Translations under genes and position numbers: made by a program
NCBI GenBank assembly: GCA_016935525.1
Contig: JAFGQU010000021.1
Span: 15,028-79,027 of the forward strand
Reading direction: 5' to 3'
From: Candidatus Omnitrophota bacterium
GTDB lineage: Bacteria > Omnitrophota > Gorgyraeia > Duberdicusellales > 4484-171
Length of the DNA stretch: 64,000 nucleotides
The notes under the pieces: generated by a model
Told to the model about the DNA's origin: nothing
The model's input: the letters and a program-made list of their open reading frames with translations, nothing else
Database searches by the model: none
Part shown: one piece after another, positions 1-9,402 of the stretch
Layout of the letters: every line of letters begins with the position of its first letter
Position numbering within the stretch: the first letter of the stretch is position 1

Positions 1-58
1 TTACCGTCTTACCCGTACCGCCTTTGCCGCTGATGACGACGATCTGTTTCACACTCAT
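1..58 (-). CDS. MinD/ParA-type P-loop ATPase, N-terminus only (runs off the window); probably a second ATPase-ferredoxin paralogue
   Basis: Minus strand reads MSVKQIVVISGKGGTGKTV (deviant Walker A); its ATG overlaps the TGA of the upstream gene (ATGA at 55-58). Confidence 0.85.
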   Translation of the reverse strand, partial: MSVKQIVVISGKGGTGKTV

Positions 59-906
59 TTTTTCTTCCCATCCCTAATCATCTCAAACATTGCCTGGAAC
101 CGCTCCCGATAATGAGGCAAAACCTCTACTATCGTCATCCCGCGCGAATATGCCGCTGCGATCTCCTTTTCAAACGGTATACGCATCAATACCGCGATAT
201 TTTCCTTCCGGCAGTAATCGTCCGTTTTCCTGTCACCCAAATCGGAACGGTTGATCACCACCCCAAACGGTATGGTTAATTTTCGTAACACTTCTACCGC
301 CAAAATCAAATCATTCAGCCCGAAGGGAGTAGGTTCAGTAACTAAAATACAGAAATCGCTTCCTTTAACGGATTCGATCACCGGACAGGAAGTACCCGGA
401 GGCGCGTCGATAATGTTTACCCCGGCGGGATCGATATATTTCTTTACCGCCCTGATAAGAGGAGGCGACATCGCCTGACCGATATTCAGCTTGCCGTGGA
501 TAAACTCTAAATCCCCACCCCATGAGGTACGGCTGTTTCCTGTTTCGATAACGCCGATCTCTTTATTCACTTCTGTTATCGCTTTCTGCGGGCAAAAATA
601 AGCGCACGCGCCGCAACCATGGCACAGTTCCGAAAAAACCAGCACGTCATTTTTTAATACCGCTAACGCGTTATACACGCACACCTCTTTACAGCGGCCG
701 CACCCGTTACACCTCTCCTTATCGATCTTTGGCACCGGGATAAAAACAGGGACCTTCTCTTTTATCTCCGGCTTCAGGAAAATGTGAGCATTAGGCTCCT
801 CCACATCACAGTCCAGGATCCGGGCGTGAGGGACCGACAAAGCGAGATTAGTCGCGACGGTCGTCTTCCCTGTTCCCCCTTTGCCGCTGGCAATGGAAAT
901 AATCAT
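55..906 (-). CDS. MinD-superfamily P-loop ATPase with inserted 2x[4Fe-4S] ferredoxin domain (COG1149-like)
   Basis: SGKGGTGKTT, DCDVEEPN, CNGCGRC...C and CHGCGAC...CP, DAPPGTSCP, VTEPTPFG. Confidence 0.92.
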   Translation of the reverse strand: MIISIASGKGGTGKTTVATNLALSVPHARILDCDVEEPNAHIFLKPEIKEKVPVFIPVPKIDKERCNGCGRCKEVCVYNALAVLKNDVLVFSELCHGCGACAYFCPQKAITEVNKEIGVIETGNSRTSWGGDLEFIHGKLNIGQAMSPPLIRAVKKYIDPAGVNIIDAPPGTSCPVIESVKGSDFCILVTEPTPFGLNDLILAVEVLRKLTIPFGVVINRSDLGDRKTDDYCRKENIAVLMRIPFEKEIAAAYSRGMTIVEVLPHYRERFQAMFEMIRDGKKK

Positions 907-925
907 AAGTATGCTTTCTGTTGAC

Positions 926-1525
926 TTATATAATCGGATGAAAAGCGATTATTAAATCCTGAAACTTAGTCGCGTATTTTTCCAACCGGAACCCTTTACC
1001 GGCCAAATACGCGGCGGTATGGTTTAAATCAAACCGGCTGGCCGGATGGCGTCTTCCTTCGCTTCGATGGATCTCATCCACCAGTTTCAACCCCTCACGG
1101 TTAAAATCACTTAAAACGACCTTCCCTTCGAACGAGGTAACGCGCGCCAGCTCATCCCCCGCCGGGAAAGGATCTTCCAGATGATGAAACATATTCACGC
1201 AAAAGACGATGTCAAACTGACGGTCCTGAAACGGCAGATGCTCGGCATCGGCTATTTGAAAATTTACTTTTTCTCCCAGGCCGTAATATTCAATATTCAA
1301 TCGGGCGAACTTCTGTTCTTCTGCGGAGATATCGACACTGGTAAAACGGTACCCTTCTTTGGCCAACGCGAGGGTAAAGTACCCTTTACCGGTGCCTACT
1401 TCCAGAATATCGCCGTATAAAGGACAAGATTTATCCAGAATAAACTCCCGTTCTCTTTCGACGTCGTACCCGAAACGCTTATACAGCTCTATCCGTTCGC
1501 GATATTTTTTATGATTTTCTACCAT
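926..1525 (-). CDS. Class I SAM-dependent methyltransferase
   Basis: ILEVGTGKG motif I, DAEHLPF, FDIV, FHH; start could be 1534 (TTG) or 1525 (ATG). Confidence 0.88.
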   Translation of the reverse strand: MVENHKKYRERIELYKRFGYDVEREREFILDKSCPLYGDILEVGTGKGYFTLALAKEGYRFTSVDISAEEQKFARLNIEYYGLGEKVNFQIADAEHLPFQDRQFDIVFCVNMFHHLEDPFPAGDELARVTSFEGKVVLSDFNREGLKLVDEIHRSEGRRHPASRFDLNHTAAYLAGKGFRLEKYATKFQDLIIAFHPII

Positions 1526-1535
1526 GTATCCCAAA

Positions 1536-1766
1536 CTACCCCCTGGTCATCTTCGTGCCGCATTTGGGGCAACTGACCGATACGCAGGGAGTTCCCGGTT
1601 GATGGGCGACATTGGCGCCGCACGCCGGACATACACAATGGCCGCCGGGGCCTCTTCCGGAAAATCCTCCTCCCATACCGCCAGAACCATTTCCCTGCCC
1701 TTTACCGAATCCTCTCCCTGTGCCCGGCCCTTGGCCGGAGGGACCTGTACCATCGCCTCTTGGCAT
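1536..1766 (-). CDS. Small Gly-rich DUF5320-like protein with C-terminal Cys motifs (CVCPACG...CPKCG)
   Basis: Starts MPRGDGTGP after an AGGAGGTG SD at 1771-1778; zinc-ribbon-like Cys pairs. Confidence 0.8.
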   Translation of the reverse strand: MPRGDGTGPSGQGPGTGRGFGKGQGNGSGGMGGGFSGRGPGGHCVCPACGANVAHQPGTPCVSVSCPKCGTKMTRG

Positions 1767-1860
1767 TTCGCACCTCCTGATTTTTAAAAGAAAACAATGC
1801 CGGGAACGGCCCGGCACTCTCGAATAATTTTCTCAACGAAACCTTAGTATCCCGGACAAA

Positions 1861-2232
1861 TTATTTCCCCATACCGAAATGCGAATCGACGCTGGGCCCG
1901 TCCGTTGACTGGAATTTTCCGTTTTTGTATTTTTCGATTACCTCACGCACTTTGCCGGACACGCCGGTAATGATAGAAACCCCCGCCGCGTTGAGAGTTT
2001 GATAAGCGTTCGGCCCGACATTTCCGGTCAACACGGATTTGACGCCTTTTTCGGCGATAAGCTGACCGGACTGGATACCCGCCCCGCCGCTACTGTCGAT
2101 ATTGGGATTACGTACCGCTTCGCATTCACCGGATTCGGTGTCGGCGATAATAAAATACGCGCACCGTCCGAACCGCGGGTCGACCTCGGACTGAAGGTCT
2201 TCACCCCGAGACGTAATACATATTTTGCTCAT
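1861..2232 (-). CDS. NifB/NifX-family (dinitrogenase FeMo-cofactor-like) protein
   Basis: VDPRFGRCAYF, GAGIQ, TGNVGPNA signature. Confidence 0.92.
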   Translation of the reverse strand: MSKICITSRGEDLQSEVDPRFGRCAYFIIADTESGECEAVRNPNIDSSGGAGIQSGQLIAEKGVKSVLTGNVGPNAYQTLNAAGVSIITGVSGKVREVIEKYKNGKFQSTDGPSVDSHFGMGK

Positions 2233-2243
2233 ACAGAAACCTC

Positions 2244-2651
2244 CTATTCGTGTTGATGATGTTTTTCATCGGGATGATCGCATTCTGTCTTTTCCACACC
2301 GTAACCTTTTCCCGCCCCCGGCCGGCAAAGGCTCTCTCCGCCGTGAAGAGTCCCGGCCATGACTTGATCAATCACCTCATCTATGTTTCCTTCGATCCCC
2401 ATTATTGTTTCGATACCGCTTTCTTCGAACAACATCTGAGCTCTCTGTCCCATTCCTCCGGCAATAATAGCTCTTACGCCTTTCCCTTTTAAAAACATCG
2501 GCAAAAAGCCGGGGTGATGTCCCGGGTTATCGATGACCTCTTTACTCACGATCGAATCTCCCTCGACATCGACAATCGTAAACGAAGGACATCGGCCGAA
2601 ATGGGCCGATACCAGATTACCGTCAGCTGAAATCGCTATTTTCAAAACCAC
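2244..2651 (-). CDS. NifB/NifX-family protein with His-rich tail
   Basis: VSAHFGRCPSF, IAGGMG; C-terminus CDHPDEKHHQHE. Confidence 0.9.
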   Translation of the reverse strand: MVLKIAISADGNLVSAHFGRCPSFTIVDVEGDSIVSKEVIDNPGHHPGFLPMFLKGKGVRAIIAGGMGQRAQMLFEESGIETIMGIEGNIDEVIDQVMAGTLHGGESLCRPGAGKGYGVEKTECDHPDEKHHQHE

Positions 2652-2783
2652 ACCTCCTTAAATCTCCCGACGAACGTTGGAAGATTGAAAAATATTATTG
2701 TGAAACAGGCGGGAATAAAAACTTCACCTTCACATCGTTTTTCGATTGTATCCGGCCGCTCTATTCCCGCCTATCTCTTCCCG

Positions 2784-3155
2784 TTACTCATTGTCTTGCG
2801 ACGCCGCATTCGCTTCCAAATCTTTTATACGCTGATTGATCGCGGCTATCTCTTCCTGCATCGCCCGAGCTTCCTCTTTCAACGCTTTTGCTTCATCCTG
2901 CGCGGATACAGTCGATCTCGCATACGGATTGGCGTAAGGAACGCCATACCCGTAGGGAGACGCCCAGCGCCAGCCGAACCCGCGGCCGAATCCCCGGCCC
3001 CAGCCCCGGCCCCTACCGAATCCACGGCCATATCCGCCGCCGCGGCCGCCGACCGGATTCATGGAGCCCGGCACCGGAAACCCTGCGCAATAACCCGCGC
3101 CGCGTCCGGTCATCGGACCTGCTCCTAAAGGACCTGTTCTATCACCACCTGGCAT
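2784..3155 (-). CDS. DUF5320-family protein (RG-rich, C-terminal coiled coil)
   Basis: MPGGDRTGPLGAGPMTGRGAGYC start, GRG repeats, coiled coil; SD AGGAGGTGA at 3161-3169. Confidence 0.88.
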   Translation of the reverse strand: MPGGDRTGPLGAGPMTGRGAGYCAGFPVPGSMNPVGGRGGGYGRGFGRGRGWGRGFGRGFGWRWASPYGYGVPYANPYARSTVSAQDEAKALKEEARAMQEEIAAINQRIKDLEANAASQDNE

Positions 3156-3180
3156 CTTACTCACCTCCTTTCTTATTGTA

Positions 3181-3199
3181 AATGGGACTCATTCTCATT
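3181..3199. promoter_or_regulatory. Fur-box-like 19-bp imperfect palindrome
   Basis: AATGGGACTCATTCTCATT between fur and the DUF5320 gene; resembles the 3702-3720 site. Confidence 0.6.
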
Positions 3200-3214
3200 A
3201 ATAAATAAAAAAAA

Positions 3215-3691
3215 TTATTCCCTGTCTTTACACTGTTCGCATAGCCCGTAAAACTGTAAGATATGTTTCATGATTTTAAAATTATATTTCTTCGCAAGAC
3301 CTTTTTCCGTTCTCTTTAACAACTCCACTTCATCGTCGATAAAATCGGTATAATTAATGACCCTCTGGCAACGAAGGCATACCAGGTGATGGTGATGGTC
3401 TTCTTTATCCTCTTTACTCCTTTGCAACTCATATCTGGCCCGTCCGTCGCCAAAATCAAACTTATGGACCATCTGCAACTGGACCAGCAGCTCTAAGGTA
3501 CGGTATACGGTAGACATCCCGCTGGAAGGATGGATTTTATGGACTCTATGGTATATCTCTTCGGCGCTTAAATGTTCCCCGGTCCTGCTTAACACCGCCA
3601 AAATAGCCTGGCGGGACAGGGTAAGCCGGTAACCATACCCTTTAAATCGGCCCTGACACCAGCCCGCTCTTTTTGTAAAGTTATCCGGCAT
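3215..3691 (-). CDS. fur: Fur-family transcriptional regulator
   Basis: HLSAEEIY, STVYRTL, HHHHLVCLRC, YGLCEQC. Confidence 0.93.
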   Translation of the reverse strand: MPDNFTKRAGWCQGRFKGYGYRLTLSRQAILAVLSRTGEHLSAEEIYHRVHKIHPSSGMSTVYRTLELLVQLQMVHKFDFGDGRARYELQRSKEDKEDHHHHLVCLRCQRVINYTDFIDDEVELLKRTEKGLAKKYNFKIMKHILQFYGLCEQCKDRE

Positions 3692-3701
3692 ATGCCTCCT
3701 T

Positions 3702-3758
3702 ATTAGGAATGATTCCCACTACCATTTATAGTGTACAACATTCCCGGTTTTTTGTCAA
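3702..3758 (-). promoter_or_regulatory. Sigma70-type promoter of fur with downstream Fur-box-like operator
   Basis: TTGACA (3758-3753), 17-nt spacer, TACACT (3735-3730); box ATTAGGAATGATTCCCACT at 3702-3720. Confidence 0.7.
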
Positions 3759-3774
3759 ATTTATTTCTGGGGCG

Positions 3775-4040
3775 TTCCGCGTTGTCCCGTTGGCATACGC
3801 AGATGATCGCAGATAAGAAAATCTGTACAGTCTACAGTCCATGGACTATCGACCATCGACTATACTCTATCGACTAATCACGCATCCCGTTTTCTCTCTA
3901 ACCGCTATCCGCTAAACGCTATTCACTATTCAACGGGATAACGGGCAAACAGGTTCACCTGACTACTGACTATCGACCAGAGGCTTATTAAGGTGATCCC
4001 GTTAAGACCCGTTCAAGGATAGGGTAACGGTGAGATAGAT
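3775..4040. repeat. Mosaic of short (7-8 nt) degenerate tandem repeats
   Basis: GACTATC/GACCATC, CCGCTAT, AACGGG and GCAGAT units in one intergenic gap. Confidence 0.75.
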
Positions 4041-4045
4041 AGGTA

Positions 4046-4186
4046 TCAAGCAGCGATTTTCCGCACTTTCCCATCTTGCCAGACAGAAATCAATCGTCCG
4101 TTTTTTTTGTGCCGTTCAACAACTTTTTTCACTGCTTTTTTTAAAGCAACCTCTGCTTTATCATGAAGGCTCATACGTTTTTTCAT
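4046..4186 (-). CDS. Small basic hypothetical protein coupled to the zeta-toxin-like ATPase
   Basis: 46 aa, MKKRMSLHDKAE...WQDGKVRKI; ATGA overlap with the upstream stop and a GGAG SD. Confidence 0.7.
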   Translation of the reverse strand: MKKRMSLHDKAEVALKKAVKKVVERHKKNGRLISVWQDGKVRKIAA

Positions 4187-4770
4187 ATTTCCACTCCAGT
4201 CTTGTTTATTATTTTCTTCAACAAAGGCATATCTTTCTTGCATATTTTGTTGTGTTCCATTTTTGCGATCACTTTTGGTTTAATCCCCGAATTATCAAAT
4301 AAGATCCAGGAATCTGACATTTTAATATACACGTGAAAAAAGTTATGGATACTTCTACCGAAACGTCTTTTTATATCGACAACAGGGACATCATGGCCGC
4401 CTTCCGCGACCCTATTTTTAATACGGGCCACAGCTAATTGGGGATCAGGGAGCCATAAAAAGAAAAGATGCAATTGATATCCTTCTTCTTTTAAATTCTG
4501 AAAATGCCTTAGGTAAGTTTTACCGGCAAGCGTCGTCTCAAAACCGAAATCGATCTTCCTCTTCACCATCTCTTTAATCTGGTCCAAAACAAGTTTCCCG
4601 GCTTTGATTGCTACTTGTTGGGGCGAAAATGGAGATAATCCTTGGGCAATAAGATCAGCATTCACAAAATGAGGGCAATGAGCATAATTTGGCAGAAATT
4701 CCTTAGCAAACGTCGTCTTCCCCGACCCGTTGGGGCCGGCTATTATGTACACATTATTTTCCCTTTTCAC
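4183..4770 (-). CDS. Zeta-toxin-family / AAA_33 P-loop kinase
   Basis: IIAGPNGSGKTTFA, FVNADLIA, FETTLAG, RVAEGGHDVP, FDNS; GTG start at 4770 preferred over 4809. Confidence 0.9.
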   Translation of the reverse strand: MKRENNVYIIAGPNGSGKTTFAKEFLPNYAHCPHFVNADLIAQGLSPFSPQQVAIKAGKLVLDQIKEMVKRKIDFGFETTLAGKTYLRHFQNLKEEGYQLHLFFLWLPDPQLAVARIKNRVAEGGHDVPVVDIKRRFGRSIHNFFHVYIKMSDSWILFDNSGIKPKVIAKMEHNKICKKDMPLLKKIINKTGVEI

Positions 4771-4840
4771 GGAAATATTATATCGTGTGAGAGGATATTG
4801 GCAAATCAAATGAACCAGATGACAACCTACGTATCCACCA

Positions 4841-4948
4841 TCTACAGTCTCTGGTCTACGGTCTATGGTCTACGGTCTACGGTCTATGGTCTACGGTCTA
4901 TGGTCTATTGACTACTGACTATCGACCATCAACTATCGACTATCGACG
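4841..4948. repeat. Bipartite heptamer tandem-repeat element
   Basis: TCTACAGTCTC + (GGTCTAY)n + TTGACTA + (GACTATC)n. Confidence 0.9.
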
Positions 4949-4954
4949 TACCCA

Positions 4955-5923
4955 TCATATCGCTTCGATCGTTGACGGCGGTTTAGTGGCGATATTGTAC
5001 GTGACGCTCACTACCCCGGGAACAGCTTTCAGTATCCGTTGCGCCAATGTTTCCAGCGTCTCATACGGCAGACGGGTAGGGTGCGCCTGACGGGCATCGA
5101 CACTATCCCAACAGCGTATCTCTATCTGCAACCCAAAATCACGTTTATTATCACGCATACCTGTCACGCGGTCCTGATGCAAAATCGCCATATACTGAAA
5201 CGCGCCGCATCCGGCAAGTTCTTCTTCCACGATCACGGTTGCCGCGCGTACAGTAGCGATTCTCTCCCGCGTCGCTTCACCGATCACCCGGGCCGAAAGC
5301 GCCGGGCCGGGAAACGGCATCCGATGATATATCTCTTCCGGTAACCCTACCCCTTGCGCTACTTTTCTCACTCCATCTTTACGTAACTGGACCAGCGGTT
5401 CGATGATCTTGTACCCGAACGCGGCTTGAGGGTCGATCCCCAACTGTTCAAACACGTTATGTTGCCGTTTGATCCCGGCGATAGTTTCATCGATATCGGT
5501 AAGGATAGTCCCCTGCAAAAGATATTGTGCGCCGCTTGACTTTACCAGACGGCCGAATACTTTTTTATAAAAAGTCTGGGTGATCGCTTCTCTTTTTTCT
5601 TCCGGATCGGTGACTCCTTTTAACGCTGAAAAAAACTCATCCTGAGCGTCGATGATCTCTACATTCACCCCCATCTTTTTGAAAATCGCGACAATCCGTT
5701 CCGGTTCACCTTCCCGCATGATCCCGTTATCGATAAAATACGTGTGAAGCCTGTCGCCCAACGCCCGGTGCCCCAGCATCGTCACTGCCGAAGAATCTAC
5801 TCCTCCCGACAACGCGTTAATTGCCAGGCCGTCGCCTACGGTCCGGGAGATTTCCTTTACTTTTTCTTCTACGAACTGTACTACGTTCAGATCCTTTACG
5901 GTGATCTCTTTCGTCATGGTCAT
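4955..5923 (-). CDS. GMP synthase ATP-pyrophosphatase subunit (subunit-B type, no glutaminase domain)
   Basis: LSGGVDSS PP-loop, DPEEKR, QGT, KRQHNV, EPL..LRKDGVR, PFPGP, KPPSTIE; 322 aa. Confidence 0.88.
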   Translation of the reverse strand: MTMTKEITVKDLNVVQFVEEKVKEISRTVGDGLAINALSGGVDSSAVTMLGHRALGDRLHTYFIDNGIMREGEPERIVAIFKKMGVNVEIIDAQDEFFSALKGVTDPEEKREAITQTFYKKVFGRLVKSSGAQYLLQGTILTDIDETIAGIKRQHNVFEQLGIDPQAAFGYKIIEPLVQLRKDGVRKVAQGVGLPEEIYHRMPFPGPALSARVIGEATRERIATVRAATVIVEEELAGCGAFQYMAILHQDRVTGMRDNKRDFGLQIEIRCWDSVDARQAHPTRLPYETLETLAQRILKAVPGVVSVTYNIATKPPSTIEAI

Positions 5924-5938
5924 GGGTTTCCTCCTTTG

Positions 5939-8900
5939 TTATGAACCAACGGAAGTGGCGATCTCCCCTTTGCTTAACCATTTATGGTATTCCTGTAACG
6001 ATACCGGCTCGCTGTCGCCGCGCATACTCGCTTCGATCCCGTCTACCGTAGCGCGGGCCGCGGCCATAGTCGTGATATAAGGGACTTTATGCTGGATAGC
6101 CATCATCCGGATATAACTGTCGTCATATTTCCCTTCCCTGCCGATAGGCGTATTGATGACCAGATTGATCTGTTTATTTTTAATGACATCGACGATATTG
6201 GGCCGGCCTTCGTGGATCTTTTTGATCGGCTCGGTCTCCACACCGTGTTCCTGCAAAAACCGGCAGGTATTTTCGGTCGCGTACACATGGAATCCCAGCT
6301 CTTTTAACCGCCACGCGACCGGAAGCAATTCCGGTTTATCTTTATCGCTTACCGTCACCAGCACATTCCCTTCCCGGGGAAGCCGGGTCCCGGCCGCTTC
6401 CTGCGCTTTATAAAATGCCACGCCAAAACTCTTATCAATCCCCATCACCTCGCCGGTCGCGCGCATTTCCGGCCCGAGCACCGGATCGACCTCAGGGAAC
6501 ATGGAGAACGGAAATACCGCCTCTTTCACTCCGACAAAAGGGATCTTTTTCTCGATCAATTCGGGAAAACTTTTCAGTTTTTTGCCCATCATCAGTAACG
6601 TCGCGATCCGGGCGATAGGGATTCCCGTCACTTTCGATACATAAGGCACCGTACGCGACGCCCGCGGGTTCGCTTCCAGAACATACACTTTCCCTTCACA
6701 GATCGCGAACTGGATGTTCATCAATCCGACGACCTTCAGTTCCCGGGCGATCTTGATCGCGTATTCTTTTATTGTTTCCAGCTGTTGCGGCGTGATGTTC
6801 CGCGGAGGGACCCGGCAGGCCGAATCGCCCGAATGGATCCCGGCATGTTCGATATGTTCCATCACTGCCGCCAGATAGATATCTTCACCGTCGGAAAGCG
6901 CGTCGACTTCGGCTTCGATCGCGTTTTCTAAAAACCGGTCGACCAGCATCGGATGTTCCGGACTCAACTCGATCGCCTCTTCGACATATTTTTTCAGCAT
7001 CGATTCGTCAAAAATGATCTCCATCCCTCTTCCGCCGAGCACGAACGAAGGACGCACCATTAACGGATACCCGATCCGGCCGGCGATCTGGACCGCTTCT
7101 TTTAACGACCGGGCCGTACCGCCTTCGGTCTGGACGATCCCCATCTTTTCCATTTTAAGGCGAAACAATTGCCGGTCTTCGGCAAACGCGATGCTTTCCG
7201 GGCTCGTTCCCAAAATGTATACCCCGTTTTTTTCCAACTCCTGGGCGATATTCAAAGGAGTCTGCCCGCCGAACTGGACGATGACCCCTTGCGGTTTTTC
7301 TTTTTCATAAATCGCCAGCACATCTTCTACGGTAAGCGGTTCGAAATAGAGTTTATCGGACGTATCGTAATCGGTCGAAACCGTCTCGGGGTTACAGTTG
7401 ACCATGATCGTTTCATACCCTTCATCGCGTAACGCGAACGCCGCGTGAACACAGGTATAATCGAATTCGATCCCCTGGCCGATACGGTTCGGCCCGCCGC
7501 CGAGGATCATGATCTTTTTATGGTCCGATACCGGGACCTGGTCTTCTCCCGGGCTATACGTAGAATAATAGTATGCCGCGTTTTCCACTCCGCTGACCGG
7601 CACGGCCTCATATCGGGCGTTCCCCATCAACTTCACCCGCCGGCTGCGCACCTGCGATTCTTTGACTTTATACAATCGGGCGAGATATGTATCGCCGACC
7701 CCCCATTGTTTCGCTTTGACCAGGAGTTCATCCGGCAATTTGTTCCAGGGATATTTCAGGAATTCCTCTTCAAAATCGACCAGCTCTTTCATCTGGCCGA
7801 TAAACCATCGGCCGATATACGTGAGCTGATACAGTTCTTCTATCGTCATCCCTTTCCGTAACGCTTCATACATCAAAAATACCCGTTCGCTGGAAGGAAA
7901 CGTCAACCGGCTACGCAATTCATCAAGGCTCAATGACGCGAAACTCCTGGCAAACCCTAACCCGTACCGGGAGATCTCCAGCGACCGGATCGCTTTTTGC
8001 AGCCCTTCTTTAAACGTTTTACCGATACTCATCACCTCACCCACCGCTTTCATCTGAGTACCGAGGATATCTTTCGCCTGAGGAAATTTTTCAAACGCCC
8101 ACCGGGCGAATTTCACTACCACATATTCCCCGCTCGGCGAGTATTTCTCCAGCGTCCCCTCTTTCCAATACGGGATCTCATCCATAGTAAGCCCCGCGGC
8201 AAGTTTGGTAGAAATCCGGGCGATCGGGAATCCCGTCGCCTTTGACGCGAGCGCCGACGACCGTGACGTACGCGGATTGATCTCGATGACGACTAACCGG
8301 TCGTCTACGAGATTATGGGCGAACTGGATGTTCGTACCGCCGACCACACCGATCGCGTCCACGATCTTATAAGAATACTCCTGCATCAATTTCTGCAGTT
8401 TCTCCGGGACCGTCAACATCGGCGCGACACAAAAACTGTCGCCGGTATGGACGCCCATCGCATCGACATTCTCGATAAAACATACGGTGATCTTCTGATT
8501 TTTCTCGTCACGTACGACTTCCAGTTCAAGTTCTTCCCACCCCAGCACCGACTCTTCGATCAATACCTGATGGATAAGGCTTGCCGCGAGTCCCCGCGTC
8601 ACGATCACGGCAAGTTCTTCACGATTATACGCGATCCCCCCTCCGGTCCCGCCCATGGTATATGCCGGCCGGATCACGACCGGATATTTCAATTGTTCGG
8701 CAACCGTTTCAGCCTCTTCGACCGAATGGGCTATTTCCGATTGCGGTAACGCGATCCCCAGTGTACGCATCGTCTCTTTAAACGCGAGACGGTCTTCACC
8801 CCGTTCGATCGCGTCAGCCTGGACCCCGATGATCTTCACCTTATATTTTTCCAACACCCCGTGCTTATATAATGTCGAAGAAAGGTTAAGGCCGGTCTGT

Positions 8901-9175
8901 CCGCCCAGATTCGGCAGTAACGCGTCCGGTTTTTCTTTCGCGATGATCTTCTCCAGGCTTTCGGGAGTGAGCGGTTCGATATAGGTACGGTCGGCCATCA
9001 CCGGATCGGTCATGATCGTCGCCGGATTGGAATTGACCAGCACGATCTCATACCCTTCTTCCCGTAACGCTTTACAGGCCTGAGTACCGGAATAATCGAA
9101 TTCACAGGCCTGGCCGATCACGATCGGGCCGGACCCGATGATCAATACCTTATGGATATCGTTTCTTCTGGGCAT
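5939..9175 (-). CDS. carB: Carbamoyl-phosphate synthase large subunit
   Basis: MPRRNDI..IGSGPIVIGQACEFDYSG, duplicated ATP-grasp halves, MGS domain; 1078 aa. Confidence 0.99.
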   Translation of the reverse strand: MPRRNDIHKVLIIGSGPIVIGQACEFDYSGTQACKALREEGYEIVLVNSNPATIMTDPVMADRTYIEPLTPESLEKIIAKEKPDALLPNLGGQTGLNLSSTLYKHGVLEKYKVKIIGVQADAIERGEDRLAFKETMRTLGIALPQSEIAHSVEEAETVAEQLKYPVVIRPAYTMGGTGGGIAYNREELAVIVTRGLAASLIHQVLIEESVLGWEELELEVVRDEKNQKITVCFIENVDAMGVHTGDSFCVAPMLTVPEKLQKLMQEYSYKIVDAIGVVGGTNIQFAHNLVDDRLVVIEINPRTSRSSALASKATGFPIARISTKLAAGLTMDEIPYWKEGTLEKYSPSGEYVVVKFARWAFEKFPQAKDILGTQMKAVGEVMSIGKTFKEGLQKAIRSLEISRYGLGFARSFASLSLDELRSRLTFPSSERVFLMYEALRKGMTIEELYQLTYIGRWFIGQMKELVDFEEEFLKYPWNKLPDELLVKAKQWGVGDTYLARLYKVKESQVRSRRVKLMGNARYEAVPVSGVENAAYYYSTYSPGEDQVPVSDHKKIMILGGGPNRIGQGIEFDYTCVHAAFALRDEGYETIMVNCNPETVSTDYDTSDKLYFEPLTVEDVLAIYEKEKPQGVIVQFGGQTPLNIAQELEKNGVYILGTSPESIAFAEDRQLFRLKMEKMGIVQTEGGTARSLKEAVQIAGRIGYPLMVRPSFVLGGRGMEIIFDESMLKKYVEEAIELSPEHPMLVDRFLENAIEAEVDALSDGEDIYLAAVMEHIEHAGIHSGDSACRVPPRNITPQQLETIKEYAIKIARELKVVGLMNIQFAICEGKVYVLEANPRASRTVPYVSKVTGIPIARIATLLMMGKKLKSFPELIEKKIPFVGVKEAVFPFSMFPEVDPVLGPEMRATGEVMGIDKSFGVAFYKAQEAAGTRLPREGNVLVTVSDKDKPELLPVAWRLKELGFHVYATENTCRFLQEHGVETEPIKKIHEGRPNIVDVIKNKQINLVINTPIGREGKYDDSYIRMMAIQHKVPYITTMAAARATVDGIEASMRGDSEPVSLQEYHKWLSKGEIATSVGS

Positions 9176-9307
9176 AGGTCTCCTTTGATTTTGATTACAG
9201 CGGTTTCTTTAAATGAATTTTGTCCGCGCTATGTATCCCCGGTAATTGTTCTGATGATATGCCTGACAAATAAGAAAATTTTGTTTAAAAATTAAGCAGG
9301 AAAACAT

Positions 9308-9335
9308 AAAAAAAAGCAACCTGTATCAGGTTGCT
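9308..9335 (-). terminator. Intrinsic terminator upstream of carB
   Basis: Hairpin AGCAACCTG-ATA-CAGGTTGCT followed by a T run on the minus strand. Confidence 0.75.
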
Positions 9336-9402
9336 GCGTGCGTTCTGGTTGAAACGGATTGGGTCATGAATGAATACCTTAGGATTATGGACGTATTATT
9401 GA

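Noticed and set aside
1861-2651. Nitrogen fixation cluster
   Set aside because: Only NifB/NifX-like small domains are present; no nifHDK/ENB.
4642-5090. ORFs with repetitive STVYGLR / TIDYR peptides
   Set aside because: They are translations of the heptamer repeat, antisense to or overlapping real genes.
9340-9400. Purine riboswitch in the carB leader (ATAATC...GTTTCAACC)
   Set aside because: Spacing, P2/P3 stems and loop-loop motifs do not fit the aptamer.
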